DNA of 64,000 nucleotides from Thermoplasmatota archaeon. Lineage in GTDB: Archaea; Thermoplasmatota; E2; JACPAO01; JAHFTW01. Shown piece after piece: positions 43,845 to 53,688 of the stretch (positions within the stretch are counted from its first letter, which is position 1; each line of letters begins with the position of its first letter). A program made the translations under genes and the position numbers. Where the stretch lies: positions 1,977-65,976 of the forward strand of contig JBAZXE010000003.1 of the NCBI GenBank assembly GCA_041659985.1, read 5' to 3'. Under the pieces are notes generated by a model, which made no database searches, had not been told where the DNA came from, and saw only the letters and a program-made list of their open reading frames with translations.

Positions 43845-44150
43845 ATGGCGCGCTGGGCGTGGTCACGCATTCTGGTGTGGAGCTTGGCTGTTTCGAGCTC
43901 CCTGCCGGCTTTGGTGCTACAGAGCAAGGTCTACGCGGATCACCCCTACGTTGGAATCCAACGCGATGTTGGCTACCTTTTCCTTTTGCCCGCTCTTGTT
44001 TGCCTCGGTGTGGCAATCCATGACTTCGTCCGGCATCGAGCGCCCCCAACTGCATGCATTCTGCTAGGACTGTTCGGTTTAGCCATGCTCTACATGGCCA
44101 CAATGAGCTGCCTTTTCGCCGGATGGACGGACGACCGTTGCTTTAGTTGA
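43845..44150 (+). CDS. Small 3-TM membrane protein (lower-GC patch)
   Basis: 101-aa ORF with hydrophobic helices, in a region of reduced G+C. Weak support. Confidence 0.35.
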   Translation: MARWAWSRILVWSLAVSSSLPALVLQSKVYADHPYVGIQRDVGYLFLLPALVCLGVAIHDFVRHRAPPTACILLGLFGLAMLYMATMSCLFAGWTDDRCFS

Positions 44151-44312
44151 TTGCCGGCCTGCCCGGTTTCCATCTGAATAAAGCGGCCTTGCCATCAACG
44201 AGTACACAACTGGGTATGGGCCTTGCCAGGCCCGTAGGCATCGCCTCGCTTCGCTCGGGACCCTGAGCGCCGTCCTCGTCGGCCTTTTCAAGGCCATCCT
44301 TGTCCGCCGTTC

Positions 44313-45266
44313 ATGGTCAAAGTCGGCTTCGTCGGCGCCGGCACCATTGGTGCCAACTCGATCTTCGCGAGCCTCATGCTCACCGACCGCATCGACGAGA
44401 TCGCAGTCGTCGACATCGCCGAGGCCGCCGCCGTCGGGCGCGCCATGGACCTCAACACGGCCTCCGTCGCCTTCGGCCGCCGCACCAAGGTCTCCGGCAG
44501 CACCGACTACGCGACGCTGAAGGGCGCCGACTTGGTCGTCGTCTCCGCCGGTGTCCCGCGCAAGCCCGGCATGACGCGCGCCGACCTCCTGGGCATCAAC
44601 ATCAAGATCCTCAAGTCGGTGTGCGCCGAAGTCAAGAAGAACGCCCCCGACTGCGTCTTCCTGCTGGTGAGCAACCCGGTCGACATCCTGCTCTACATCT
44701 GCTGGAAGGAGCTCGGCTTCTCGCGCGAGCGCACCATCGGCATGACCAGCCTGCACGACTCCGCCCGCTTCACGGACATCGTGCGCGACGCCACCGGCGA
44801 CCGCACCGTCCGCGCCACCATCCTGGGTGAGCACGGCGAGACCATGTTCGTCTCGCCGACGCTCTCCAGCCCGGAGCTCAAGGGCGGCGACTGGGAGGCC
44901 TGGGAGAAGAAGACCCGCGGCCGCGCCATGGAGATCATCGAGCGCGTCGGCGCCACCGCCTACGCCCCCGGCGCCTGCACGGGCCGCATGGTCAAGGCCA
45001 TCATCGAGGACACGCACGAGGAGATTCCCACCGGCGTCATCCTGATGGGCGAGTACGGTCACCGCGACGTCGCCACCGGCGTCCCCGCCGTCCTGGGTCG
45101 CGGCGGCCTCATCCGCGTCGTCCAGTACGACCTGAGCGCCGTCGAGAAGGCCAAGCTCGAGGTCACCGTGAAGGCCGTGCGCGAGAAAATCGACGAAGGC
45201 CTGCACATCCTGGCGAACCCGCCGGCACCCACGCCCGCCCCCGCGCCGACTCCGAAGACGGCCTGA
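44313..45266 (+). CDS. mdh: Malate dehydrogenase (LDH-like MDH family)
   Basis: VGFVGAGTIG, DLVVVSAGVPRKPGMTRADLL, LLVSNPVD, ILGEHGETM. Confidence 0.85.
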   Translation: MVKVGFVGAGTIGANSIFASLMLTDRIDEIAVVDIAEAAAVGRAMDLNTASVAFGRRTKVSGSTDYATLKGADLVVVSAGVPRKPGMTRADLLGINIKILKSVCAEVKKNAPDCVFLLVSNPVDILLYICWKELGFSRERTIGMTSLHDSARFTDIVRDATGDRTVRATILGEHGETMFVSPTLSSPELKGGDWEAWEKKTRGRAMEIIERVGATAYAPGACTGRMVKAIIEDTHEEIPTGVILMGEYGHRDVATGVPAVLGRGGLIRVVQYDLSAVEKAKLEVTVKAVREKIDEGLHILANPPAPTPAPAPTPKTA

Positions 45267-45341
45267 CGGGCAGGAACCCCACGGAGGCCGCACGGCGGGG
45301 AGGGACCAGAGCCCACTCGGAGCGGTGGGCGCTCTCCGCGT

Positions 45342-46097
45342 TCAGATGAACGTGTTGACGCCTTGGCTGCCTAGCGCCGGGTCCGGGACAGACGCCCGCA
45401 TCTTGCTGAGTTCGCCTTCAAGCGCCATGGCCTCCTGAAGCAAGGGCTTGGCGTCCATGAGGACGTCGGGCATGATCTTGCCAAGGGCCTCGATGAGTGC
45501 GGCGGCCGCCCGGCCGTCCGGATGGTCCCGCGTCGCTTCGACCATGATGGCCCCGGAGCGCACCTTGCGGGCTGGAGCCAAGAGCAGGATGTGCGCCGTG
45601 ATGCCGCCGATGAGCGCGCGCTCCACCGCCGGGATTCCCGTCTTGGAGATCTCCTGCAATACGTCATCGGCCGCCGCGGCGCAGAAGACGTCCGGGGTGT
45701 CATCGCCTTCGCCGCGCACGACCCCCTCCAGGGCGATGACGAGGTGGGCACCGCCTTTGCCGGCCCAATCGAGGATGGTTTCCGACAGCCGCATGGCAAC
45801 CGATGGAGGCGGGGCGAGTTCCGTCGTGATGACATAGATGCGCGGGCACTTCCTGTCGAGGCGGCAGGCGACCTCACCGCCGAAGACGCGCACGGCCGAC
45901 GTGGCGCGCCCGTCCTGGATGGCCGTGATGGCGGACAATTCCGGGAAACGCAGATGGGCCACCAGCGGCAGCTCGAGGTTGCGGATGAGGTACTGGGCCG
46001 CGATGGAGGCCGCCGAGCCCGTGGTGGGGAAGGCGGCGATAACGAGGGCGTCTTTGAGGTCAATGGCCCCGAAGGCTTCCAGGGTCGGTTCCGGCAT
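45342..46097 (-). CDS. PAC2-family proteasome assembly chaperone
   Basis: 251 aa. ALVIAAFPTTGSAASIAAQYLI... is typical of the archaeal PAC2/PbaA-B family (COG1938-like). Confidence 0.55.
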   Translation of the reverse strand: MPEPTLEAFGAIDLKDALVIAAFPTTGSAASIAAQYLIRNLELPLVAHLRFPELSAITAIQDGRATSAVRVFGGEVACRLDRKCPRIYVITTELAPPPSVAMRLSETILDWAGKGGAHLVIALEGVVRGEGDDTPDVFCAAAADDVLQEISKTGIPAVERALIGGITAHILLLAPARKVRSGAIMVEATRDHPDGRAAAALIEALGKIMPDVLMDAKPLLQEAMALEGELSKMRASVPDPALGSQGVNTFI

Positions 46098-46257
46098 CGC
46101 TGGAGCAAGCGCGGCCTGCGGCTTTCATCCTACCGCCGTCAGAGCCCCTCCAGTCGTCACCGATTCAGGCATTGCCGAGAATCCCGATCCTCGGCTTGCG
46201 CCTCGCGGCGTGAACTGGCTCCCGGTTCTTGAAAATGGCTTCGTACGCTTGAGGCCG

Positions 46258-47427
46258 CTAGAGCCGACGACGGCGACGGCGCTCCTCGATGATGAGAGCC
46301 CGCTCGCGACCAATCTGGCCGCGGATGGAGGTGTTTTCCTCCGCGCGGCGCGTGAGATAGGGAACGACGGCGCGGACTGGGCCGTAGGGGACGTACTTGC
46401 AGACGTTGTAGCCCTCGGCCGCGAGGTTGTAGGAAAGGTGGTCGCTCATCCCGAGGAGCTGCGAGAAGTACAGCCGCGGGTCGTCGCGGCGGAGTCCGCG
46501 CTTCTCCATGAGTTCGGTCAGCAGGAGGGTCGACGTCTCGTTGTGCGTGCCTGCGACAAGCGCAATCCGGTCGAGGTGCTCGACCGAGAAGACCAGCGCC
46601 GCGTCGTACGCTGCGTCACTGGCGGCCTTGTCCGGCAGGATGCAGGAGTCCGCCCCCGCCGCCGCGGCTCGGGCGCGCTCCTTTTCCATGTAGGCGCCCC
46701 GCACGAGTTTCAATCCGAGCAGGTATCGGCCCTCCGTCGCGCGCCGGTGGCTTTCGCGCAGGAAGTCGAGGCGGCCTCGGCGGTAGAGTTGGATCGTGTT
46801 GAAGACGATGGCCGTCTCGGTGTTGAACCGGGCCATCATGGTGGTCGCAACATCGTCGATGGCGCCCTGGATCCACGACTCTTCGGCGTCGATGAAGAGA
46901 CGCACGTTCTTCGCGTGCGCGTGCGCGCAGACGCGCTCGACGCGGCTCTTGGCGCGCGCCCATTCATCGTTCTCGCGTGCATCGAGCGCCTGCCCGGCGT
47001 CGACCTTCTCGAGCAGGGCGAAGCGGGCGACACCCGTCATCTTGAACACGCAGAACGGGATGGCCGGGTTCCTTGCGGCCAGGTCGATGGTGCGCTCGAT
47101 CTCGTCCGTCGTCCGGTCGAACTCCGCTTCGTCCTCGTGCCCCTCGTCCGCGATGTCAAGGATGGTCCCGACGCGGAAGCGCCACAACGTCTCGATGGTG
47201 GGGGCGCACTCGGCGATCGTCTCGCCGCCGCAGAATTGGCGAAAGATTGTGCGTTTGACGAGCCACACCACTGGGAGGTGGAGGGTGAGCGCGACGCGCA
47301 GGAGCCACGTGCCGGTCCGGACGGCCCAAGGGTGGGCAAACGCCCGAAACATCCAGTCGGCCCGCCGTAGCGCGACATCGCTCTTTGAACGGAACGCGAC
47401 CTCGGTGTTGGCGAAGCTCAGCGCCAT
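46258..47427 (-). CDS. putA: Proline dehydrogenase
   Basis: 389 aa. FIDAEESW, VFNTIQLYRR, GLKLVRGAYM, AGTHNE, QLLGMSD and YVPYGP...YL.RR..EN blocks of the PRODH TIM barrel. Confidence 0.8.
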   Translation of the reverse strand: MALSFANTEVAFRSKSDVALRRADWMFRAFAHPWAVRTGTWLLRVALTLHLPVVWLVKRTIFRQFCGGETIAECAPTIETLWRFRVGTILDIADEGHEDEAEFDRTTDEIERTIDLAARNPAIPFCVFKMTGVARFALLEKVDAGQALDARENDEWARAKSRVERVCAHAHAKNVRLFIDAEESWIQGAIDDVATTMMARFNTETAIVFNTIQLYRRGRLDFLRESHRRATEGRYLLGLKLVRGAYMEKERARAAAAGADSCILPDKAASDAAYDAALVFSVEHLDRIALVAGTHNETSTLLLTELMEKRGLRRDDPRLYFSQLLGMSDHLSYNLAAEGYNVCKYVPYGPVRAVVPYLTRRAEENTSIRGQIGRERALIIEERRRRRRL

Positions 47428-47490
47428 GCGGGTTGGTGAGCCAGTGTTGCGCCCGGGATAAAGAAACGGGTCCTTCGGATTAGGGGTGGG

Positions 47491-47841
47491 TCAGACCTTG
47501 GAATGAACGCCGTGTTTCCGCAACTGCTTGCCCAACTGTCCCGTGATGAAGGAGGCGAACATGACCCAGTCGGCCGCGAACGACTTGAACGGGTACGTGA
47601 ACGTCGCCGGCCGGTTGTGCTCGACGAAGTAGTGCGCGACCCAGGCAAAGGCGTAGCCGGCGACGAGTCCGCCGAGCAGGAACCAGGGGGTGAGAAGGAT
47701 GGCCAAAACGATGCAGGCCAGGGCGATGGCCGTTCCGATGAGGTGGAGGGCGCGGGTTCCCGTCCGGCTGTGTTCGTGCAGGTAGAACGGCCAGAACTCG
47801 CGCATAGTGCGGTACTTGGTGGCCTTGTGTTCCGGCGGCAT
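47491..47841 (-). CDS. DUF962 (Mpo1-like) membrane protein
   Basis: ATG 47841 inside track ORF 47491..48006 (the extension would run into the tRNA). MREFWPFYLHEHSRTGTRALHLIGT...AHYFVEHNRPATF. Confidence 0.65.
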   Translation of the reverse strand: MPPEHKATKYRTMREFWPFYLHEHSRTGTRALHLIGTAIALACIVLAILLTPWFLLGGLVAGYAFAWVAHYFVEHNRPATFTYPFKSFAADWVMFASFITGQLGKQLRKHGVHSKV

Positions 47842-47981
47842 GGAATGGCGGGCCGGGAATCGACGTGACGGTTCAAGTAGCCTGGGGGGGACTCGACCGG
47901 GCGTGGTTGCAGCGGCGCTTGCTACACCAAAACCGTCAGGGCAGGGCACGCCCGCGGGCGGCGCGGCCCTGCGTTTTTCAG

Positions 47982-48052
47982 TGCGCGGTACGGGATTTGA
48001 ACCCATGCTTGCACCTTGGCAAGGTGCAGTCCTACCACTAGACTAACCGCGC
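47982..48052 (-). tRNA. tRNA-Gly (anticodon GCC)
   Basis: The reverse complement folds by hand: acceptor GCGCGGT/ACCGCGC, D stem GTCT/GGAC, anticodon stem GCACC/GGTGC with loop TTGCCAA, 4-nt variable loop, T arm ATGGG-TTCAAAT-CCCGT, discriminator A. Confidence 0.9.
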
Positions 48053-48135
48053 GTTCGAAAAAGGCGCTAGACTTACGCCTCGTCTTGGCGGCCGACTAGC
48101 CGACCCTATTTGAGTCCAACGGTGGGATGCGGGAC

Positions 48136-48627
48136 TCAAAGCGCCGAGTATCCCGCCGGCACTTCCGTTTCGCCGTGGAAGAGCGTGATTGCGAGGCGGT
48201 ACTCCACCATGCTGGCGGCGCCGTTGGCGAAGGCGGAGGCCTGCCAGTCGCCGGCTTCGGGGGCCGCGAGCGTGAAGCTGTGCGGCGAGTCGGGTGCGCC
48301 CGGCGAGCCCGCCTGGACGATGTAGTCGAAGTTCTGCGCGGTGCCCGTCATGCCGGCGCTCGGGCTGGCCAAGGCGAGGTCGATGTCCTGCACGGCGTCG
48401 TCCCAGGCAATCTCGGCGTAGAGCAGCGTCACGTTGGAGCCCACGGAGAACGCCAGCGATTCGCCACCGACGGCGAGGACGGGGCCGGAGGCCGTGATCA
48501 TGCCGGTGCCTTTGACGACCGTCGGGGCTTCGACGACGGGAACGTCGTCCCTCGGATTGTTGCCGCCGGAATCCAAGCAGCCTCCGGCCAGCAAGGCCGT
48601 GAGCGCGAGGGCCATGGTCCACTTCAT
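48136..48627 (-). CDS. Lipoprotein, unknown function
   Basis: MKWTMALALTALLAGGC lipobox; 163 aa, beta-rich. Confidence 0.6.
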   Translation of the reverse strand: MKWTMALALTALLAGGCLDSGGNNPRDDVPVVEAPTVVKGTGMITASGPVLAVGGESLAFSVGSNVTLLYAEIAWDDAVQDIDLALASPSAGMTGTAQNFDYIVQAGSPGAPDSPHSFTLAAPEAGDWQASAFANGAASMVEYRLAITLFHGETEVPAGYSAL

Positions 48628-48772
48628 GATCGTTCCGTGGCCTCCGTCCTACAAAAGGATTGAGTCCTACCCCTCACGCTCGCTCACTTTAGCCGCTCAG
48701 CCCGCCCGTCATCTCATCATGGGTCAGCGCGGATTCTTACATCATCGCGGCACGCGTGCCAGCGAGTCCGGG

Positions 48773-48778
48773 TTTAAG
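48773..48778 (+). promoter_or_regulatory. TATA-like TTTAAG positioned for a leaderless transcript
   Basis: AT-rich hexamer whose centre is ~26 nt upstream of in-frame GTG 48801. Confidence 0.3.
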
Positions 48779-48800
48779 GCGTGGACCTTGGTGGCGGCGC

Positions 48801-49349
48801 GTGGCGCAACCCGACCGGGTCCCCGGCTTCATCGTGGAAGGGGGACGAGCCATCGGCCATGACCTGCCGTCGGTGGATGGACGCGAGAGCCTGGTGCCCT
48901 GGCGCACGGCCATCGGCGGCCGTGGCCCCTTCTTCGTGCGCATCGCCGCCGACGACCCGGCTGTCGTCAAGCACGTGCAGAGGCTGTCGCGCGTCGGTGA
49001 GTTGTGGCTGGAGACGCCGCTGGGCAGCATCGACGATGCGCTCGACCTCGTCGTCGCCGGAGCCTCACGCCTGGCCGTGCCGACAGCCGACCGCGACGCC
49101 GATTTACTGGAGGCCGTCGGGCCTTCCGCCCTCATTGCGTGGGACGGCGTGACACCGTGGGCCGAGGTTGAGGCCGCTGCCTTGGCGCACGAGGCGCCCG
49201 TCCTTGTCCGCCAGACGCCTCCCCCGGGGGCCGCTTGTGACGTCTTCCTTCTCGAAGAAGGCCCTGAAGGCCTGCGCCTGGTGCGCGTCGCATCGGCTCC
49301 CGCTGCTGCCGCGCTCCCGACGCCCGCCGTCGAAGGCGAGGCCGAGTGA
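48801..49349 (+). CDS. Hypothetical protein (weak HisA/HisF-like N-terminal pattern)
   Basis: Track ORF 48756..49349. GTG 48801 is preferred from promoter spacing. The VPGFIVEGGRAIG start resembles archaeal HisA/HisF-related barrel proteins, but only weakly. Confidence 0.4.
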   Translation: MAQPDRVPGFIVEGGRAIGHDLPSVDGRESLVPWRTAIGGRGPFFVRIAADDPAVVKHVQRLSRVGELWLETPLGSIDDALDLVVAGASRLAVPTADRDADLLEAVGPSALIAWDGVTPWAEVEAAALAHEAPVLVRQTPPPGAACDVFLLEEGPEGLRLVRVASAPAAAALPTPAVEGEAE

Positions 49350-49870
49350 CGTCCGACTTCGAAGTGGCCTTCGCGTTCATCGCGCGCCGCCAAGCCACGA
49401 AGGCCATGTCTGCCTCGCGCTGGTCGCACATGCTCTCCCTGGAGCTCGGCTGGATGAACCCGGGGCAGGCGCGCACGTTCGTCGAACGCGGCGTGAACGC
49501 GGGGCTGCTGACGCCCGACGGCGACACGCTCCGCCTCGTCATCGACCCGGCCTCCGTCGAGGTTCCGCGCGGATTCAAGCCGAATCCCGATGCCTCGGCC
49601 GGCCCGGCAGGACCGGCATCATCATCTTCCGGGTCGTCCACGGCTTCCGCCCCGGCGGATCCATTCTTGGGTTGGGTGGCCAAGGTCGCCGCGCAGCGCG
49701 GCCTGACGCGCGACCAGGTCCTCGGCCAAGTCGCCGCGGCGCAGGAAGAGCTGGGGGGCCTGCTCACGGCGGAGGCGGCCGTGCTGTTGCTGGCGCGGCG
49801 CAACGGCCTCGACGTCAGGGATGCCGCACGCGCTGCGGAAGGCGCCCGTCAAGCCAAACCGAGCCGGTAG
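49346..49870 (+). CDS. Conserved archaeal protein, DUF2240-like (tentative)
   Basis: GTG 49346 overlaps the upstream stop (GTGA). Two helical domains joined by a Ser/Ala/Pro linker. Confidence 0.4.
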   Translation: MTSDFEVAFAFIARRQATKAMSASRWSHMLSLELGWMNPGQARTFVERGVNAGLLTPDGDTLRLVIDPASVEVPRGFKPNPDASAGPAGPASSSSGSSTASAPADPFLGWVAKVAAQRGLTRDQVLGQVAAAQEELGGLLTAEAAVLLLARRNGLDVRDAARAAEGARQAKPSR

Positions 49871-51111
49871 GCAAGGACGGGAATCAGCAAACACCCGGTC
49901 AGGTGGATTCGACCGGTGCCGCTGGCCAACGGGACCAAACCAACGATTGCGGCGACGAGGAACAGGGCGAGTCCCATTCCACCCGACAGCACGCCCACGA
50001 CGACGATGAGGACCGCCAGCGCGACGGCGGCCAGCAAGCCTGGGCGGGCGGCCACCAGCCATTTGGAGGTCCGGCGCACCAGCGCGCCGGTGGCCACATG
50101 GGCAAGGATGCCGCTGACGAGGGCGGCGGCGAGGAGCCAACGCAACGGCAGCGGCGGAGCGCCAATCGTCCACGCCTGCACCGGCCACGCCTGCTGCACA
50201 GCGGCGGCAAGCCCGCTGCGCGCCCGCAGCGACAGCCACAGCACGGCGAACGCAAGGACGACCTGAGCCAGGGCGATGGCGGCCAGGGTCGCCAGCACCG
50301 GCCGCGGGTCACGCTCCTCGCGCGCACCGGCTCGCGCGGCGGCCGCAGCGACGGCCGACGTCATGCCAGGCAGGACGCTCGTCATCGCTGCGGCCAAGAC
50401 CCCGGAGACGACCCCCCAACGGCTTCGTCGCCGCACGCCAAGCGGAGGCCGGTTCGCTGGTTCCTGGTCGGGGACAAATGGGCGGCTGCGCAGCGTGTCC
50501 AGCAGCGCAGGTGCGCCGAACAGGCCCGACAGCAGCGGAAGCAACGGTGAAGCGGGGACGTCGAAGAGACCCGCCACAGTCAGCTTGCCCGCCGCCAAGC
50601 CCAACGCCCCCGCAAGCGCCAGGATGGCGGCGGCCCAGGCGACGGCCTGCGTGCCCTTCGGGAGTTCGCGGGCGAGCAGGAACAGGAGGATGCCCCCCAG
50701 CACCCATGGCATGGATTCGTCGAGCGCCGCGAGCAGCTGGCCCGGTTCTCCAAGGACCCACTTGTACGGCAGCAACAGGACAATGGCGAGGACGAGACCG
50801 CCCAGGGCGCCGTTGAGAGAGGCCTGCACGGCATCCGCGCCGTGGCCGTCGAGAAGCATGCGATGGGCGGGCAGCGCCGAAAGCAGCGTATCCTCGCCCG
50901 GTGCGCCCAGATAGGTGGAGGGAATCTGCGAGGCGAAGCCGTGCGCGACGGTCATCGAGCAAAGACCCACGGCCAAGGTCGGGCCGAGGCCTGGCGCGAA
51001 CGAGAGGGCGATGGCGCACACTGTATTGACGTGCAGGCCTGGCACGAGGCCTGCGACAAGCCCGACCAGGCAGCCGGCCGTCGTCGCCAGGGTGGCCGTC
51101 AGGGCGTCCAT
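49849..51111 (-). CDS. TctA-family (DUF112) membrane transporter subunit-like protein
   Basis: ATG 51111 inside track ORF 49849..51204. ~10 TM. GLVAGLVPGLHVNT ... SVLPGMTSAVAAA repeats are typical of DUF112. Confidence 0.55.
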   Translation of the reverse strand: MDALTATLATTAGCLVGLVAGLVPGLHVNTVCAIALSFAPGLGPTLAVGLCSMTVAHGFASQIPSTYLGAPGEDTLLSALPAHRMLLDGHGADAVQASLNGALGGLVLAIVLLLPYKWVLGEPGQLLAALDESMPWVLGGILLFLLARELPKGTQAVAWAAAILALAGALGLAAGKLTVAGLFDVPASPLLPLLSGLFGAPALLDTLRSRPFVPDQEPANRPPLGVRRRSRWGVVSGVLAAAMTSVLPGMTSAVAAAAARAGAREERDPRPVLATLAAIALAQVVLAFAVLWLSLRARSGLAAAVQQAWPVQAWTIGAPPLPLRWLLAAALVSGILAHVATGALVRRTSKWLVAARPGLLAAVALAVLIVVVGVLSGGMGLALFLVAAIVGLVPLASGTGRIHLTGCLLIPVLAYRLGLA

Positions 51112-51704
51112 GGCCAAATCTCGCGGGCGTCGAAGCGATGGCACAAGCAGTCGGCATCCGCGCGGAGGAACCCGCGGGCTTGCACTCGCCCTTGCGTTGG
51201 CCATGGGCCCTCACCCAAGGCCACCGAGCGCGGTCCGTCGTGCAGGCGTCCGCCCCGCAGTTCGCCGGTGAGCAAGAGCGGTCGGCCGTCCCAGGTCTCA
51301 GGGTGCGCGGAGACCTCCGTCCAAGCGGGCGTCGCCGCCGCAGTCGGCGCGACCACCTGCAGGTGTCTGGGTTCCTCGACCTCCAAGCGGAGCTGGCCCT
51401 GCCACCGTCCAAGGCGGCCCGTGGCTTGCGCGCGGTCGCCGGAGTGCAACGGCAAGTCCGGTTCGTCGACGGCGACCGACCGGACGGCCACGGCGTGCTG
51501 CCCGTCGACGAGGCTGAAGCGGAGGGCATCCGGTTCCGTTCGCAGGTCCTTGATCCAGCCTTCCAGCGTCACCGTCTGTCCTTCCCACCGCGCCGCGTCG
51601 TCGAGCGTGGCCAGCGGCGCAGGCCTTGCGGTGACCGACCACGTGAGCGCCCCGACGAGGAGGATGGCGGCGGCAAGAAGCGGACGGGGCGGTAGCACGC
51701 GCAC
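51099..51704 (-). CDS. Membrane-anchored OB-fold-like protein
   Basis: GTG 51704 (or 51698) inside track ORF 51099..51887. N-terminal TM, then EGQTVTLEGWIKDL...FSLVDG, an OB-like beta-barrel pattern. Overlaps the TctA-like start by 13 nt. Confidence 0.35.
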   Translation of the reverse strand: MRVLPPRPLLAAAILLVGALTWSVTARPAPLATLDDAARWEGQTVTLEGWIKDLRTEPDALRFSLVDGQHAVAVRSVAVDEPDLPLHSGDRAQATGRLGRWQGQLRLEVEEPRHLQVVAPTAAATPAWTEVSAHPETWDGRPLLLTGELRGGRLHDGPRSVALGEGPWPTQGRVQARGFLRADADCLCHRFDAREIWPWTP

Positions 51705-51735
51705 GGATGTGGGGGCGGGGCGTGGGATGACTTGC

Positions 51736-53214
51736 TCAGGCCTTGGCCTGTCGGTGCGCTTCGAGTCGCACGAGGATGGCCGGAATCGCCTGGGCGACGT
51801 CGAGTGCCGTCGCGCCGTAGGAGCGCAGGCTCGCCGCGACCTCACCGGCGCTCTTGAGCAGGTAGCTGGCGGCGCACGCGGCGTCAAAGGGTGCCGCGCC
51901 CTTGGCCAGCAGGGCGCCCGTGATGCCGGCCAACACGTCGCCGGTGCCGCCGACCGTGAGGGTTGGGTGGCCGAGGCGGCAGTCGCGCGTCATTGCGCCG
52001 TCGCTCACGATGTCGATGGCGGATTTGCGCAGCACGGTCACCCCGTTGGCCTTGGCGTAGGAGACGACATGGCTCTTCGTCGCCGTGCGGCCCGAGAGGT
52101 CGAGGAATTCGCGGGCGTGGGGCGTCAGGACCATGCGGCGGCCGTGTCGGGCCAAGAGGGACGCGTCGAGGGCGTCGAGGCCGTCCGCGTCGACGACGGT
52201 GGGGAGGGAGCGCTCCGCCGCAGCGACCAGGATGGCCTGCGTCGCGGCCAGCGTGCTCGGGTGCTTGCCGAGCCCTGGACCGATGACAAGGGCCGTGCAG
52301 CGGTCAAGCAGGCGCTCGATTGCGGGAATCGCGGCGGGCGCCAAGTGGTCACGCCGACCGACGGCATGCACGATTGCCTCCGATCCCCAGGAACGGATGG
52401 GTTGGGCGGCGTCCGGGGGCGTGGCGATGTGGACAAGGTCGGCGCCCGTCCGATAAGCCCCCATCGCGACGTAGTGCGGCGCCCCCGCGAGCGATTGGCT
52501 TCCGCCGACGACGAGGACGATGCCGTTGTCTCCTTTGTGGCTGTCATGGCGCACCACGGGGTAGCCGGCCTCGAGGTCGCCGAAGCCGATGTCGACGGCG
52601 CGCGGGGGAATTCCGATGGGCGCGACGACGATGCGCCCCGCCAACTTCGGCTCAAGACCCGCCTGGGCCCGATGCAGGGCAAGCGTAATCGTGGGGCGGG
52701 CGGCCAGCGGCGTGCCGAAGCCGGAGGGGACATCGCAGGAAACGAGGGTCGCGCCGGCCTTGCGTCTCGCGTTCATCCAGTGCACGAGGGAGTCGTACGG
52801 CTTGCGCGGGGGACCCGAAAGCCCTGAACCGAGCAGGCAATCGGCGACGATCTTGACCTTGGACCACGCCCGTTCTGGCCGGCCCGTCCAAACCGTCCAC
52901 GACCCCTTGCCCAGTCGTTCAAAGTGGGCGCGTGCGGCGGACGAGACGATGCGCGACGGTGGCTCCGCAAGCACGACCACGGCCTTTCGTCCCATGGCCT
53001 GCAGTTCGGCGGCGGCCGCAAATCCATCGCCGCCGTTGTTGCCCTTGCCGCACAGGACAAGGACCTCTTGGCCGCGTTTGGCGTGGCGGGCCAGTTCCCT
53101 GGCGAGCGCCTTGCCGGCGTTGGCCATGAGGCGCACGACAGGGACCCCCAACTCCTTGGCATTGAGGTCCAGGCGCCGCGCTTCCCGGGCATCGTACGGC
53201 GCGGAGCCGGCCAT
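51736..53214 (-). CDS. nnr: Bifunctional NAD(P)H-hydrate repair enzyme (epimerase + ADP-dependent dehydratase)
   Basis: ATG 53214 inside the 917-aa track ORF. YjeF-N blocks (LMANAG, VLCGKGNNGGDG) and carbohydrate-kinase blocks (HKGDNG.VLVVGGS, GAP..A..GA.R.GA, GPGLG, GGTGDVLAG). Confidence 0.85.
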   Translation of the reverse strand: MAGSAPYDAREARRLDLNAKELGVPVVRLMANAGKALARELARHAKRGQEVLVLCGKGNNGGDGFAAAAELQAMGRKAVVVLAEPPSRIVSSAARAHFERLGKGSWTVWTGRPERAWSKVKIVADCLLGSGLSGPPRKPYDSLVHWMNARRKAGATLVSCDVPSGFGTPLAARPTITLALHRAQAGLEPKLAGRIVVAPIGIPPRAVDIGFGDLEAGYPVVRHDSHKGDNGIVLVVGGSQSLAGAPHYVAMGAYRTGADLVHIATPPDAAQPIRSWGSEAIVHAVGRRDHLAPAAIPAIERLLDRCTALVIGPGLGKHPSTLAATQAILVAAAERSLPTVVDADGLDALDASLLARHGRRMVLTPHAREFLDLSGRTATKSHVVSYAKANGVTVLRKSAIDIVSDGAMTRDCRLGHPTLTVGGTGDVLAGITGALLAKGAAPFDAACAASYLLKSAGEVAASLRSYGATALDVAQAIPAILVRLEAHRQAKA

Positions 53215-53258
53215 CAGGGGGCAAAGGGTCAAACCGTATATCCGCGTGGCGACGGACA

Positions 53259-53684
53259 ATGCTGCCAGGAATGGGGGGCGGAATGGACCCGCGCCAGATG
53301 TCGATGATGATGAAGAAGCTGGGAATCGACGTCCGCGACATCGAGGGTGTCCAGCAGGTCGTCGTCCGCACGGCGAGCAAGGACTACGTCTTCGACAAGG
53401 CCACCGTGTCCGTGATGAAGGCCCAAGGCGTCGAGACGTGGCAGGTCTCCGGCAAGCCCCGCACCGTCGAGCGCTCCTCCGACGGTCCGTCCATTTCTGC
53501 CTCCTCGTCTTCCCCGGCTCCCGCCCTCGCCCCGGCCCTCGTCGCCGCCGAACCGGAGTACGTGGCCGAGCCCGCGGACATCGCCCTCGTCGCGCAGGAG
53601 ACCGGTAAGTCCCCCGCCGAGGCGCGCGCCGCCCTGGTGGCCACCAAGGGCGACCTCGCCGAAGCCATCCTGAGGCTGTCGTAA
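53259..53684 (+). CDS. nac: Nascent polypeptide-associated complex protein
   Basis: MDPRQMSMMMKKLGID.. NAC domain plus C-terminal UBA-like domain (DIALVAQETGKSPAEARAALVATKGDLAEAILRL), with a Ser/Ala/Pro-rich linker. Confidence 0.9.
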   Translation: MLPGMGGGMDPRQMSMMMKKLGIDVRDIEGVQQVVVRTASKDYVFDKATVSVMKAQGVETWQVSGKPRTVERSSDGPSISASSSSPAPALAPALVAAEPEYVAEPADIALVAQETGKSPAEARAALVATKGDLAEAILRLS

Positions 53685-53688
53685 CGCA

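Noticed and set aside
45267-45341. A possible fifth copy of the palindromic element between mdh and the PAC2 gene (GAACCCCACGGAGGCCGCACGG ... CCCACTCGGAGCGGTGGG).
   Set aside because: It only loosely resembles the AACCACGGATT / TCCGTGGTTCG ends. It contains its own small hairpin (CCCAC/GTGGG), but I could not align it convincingly to E1-E3.
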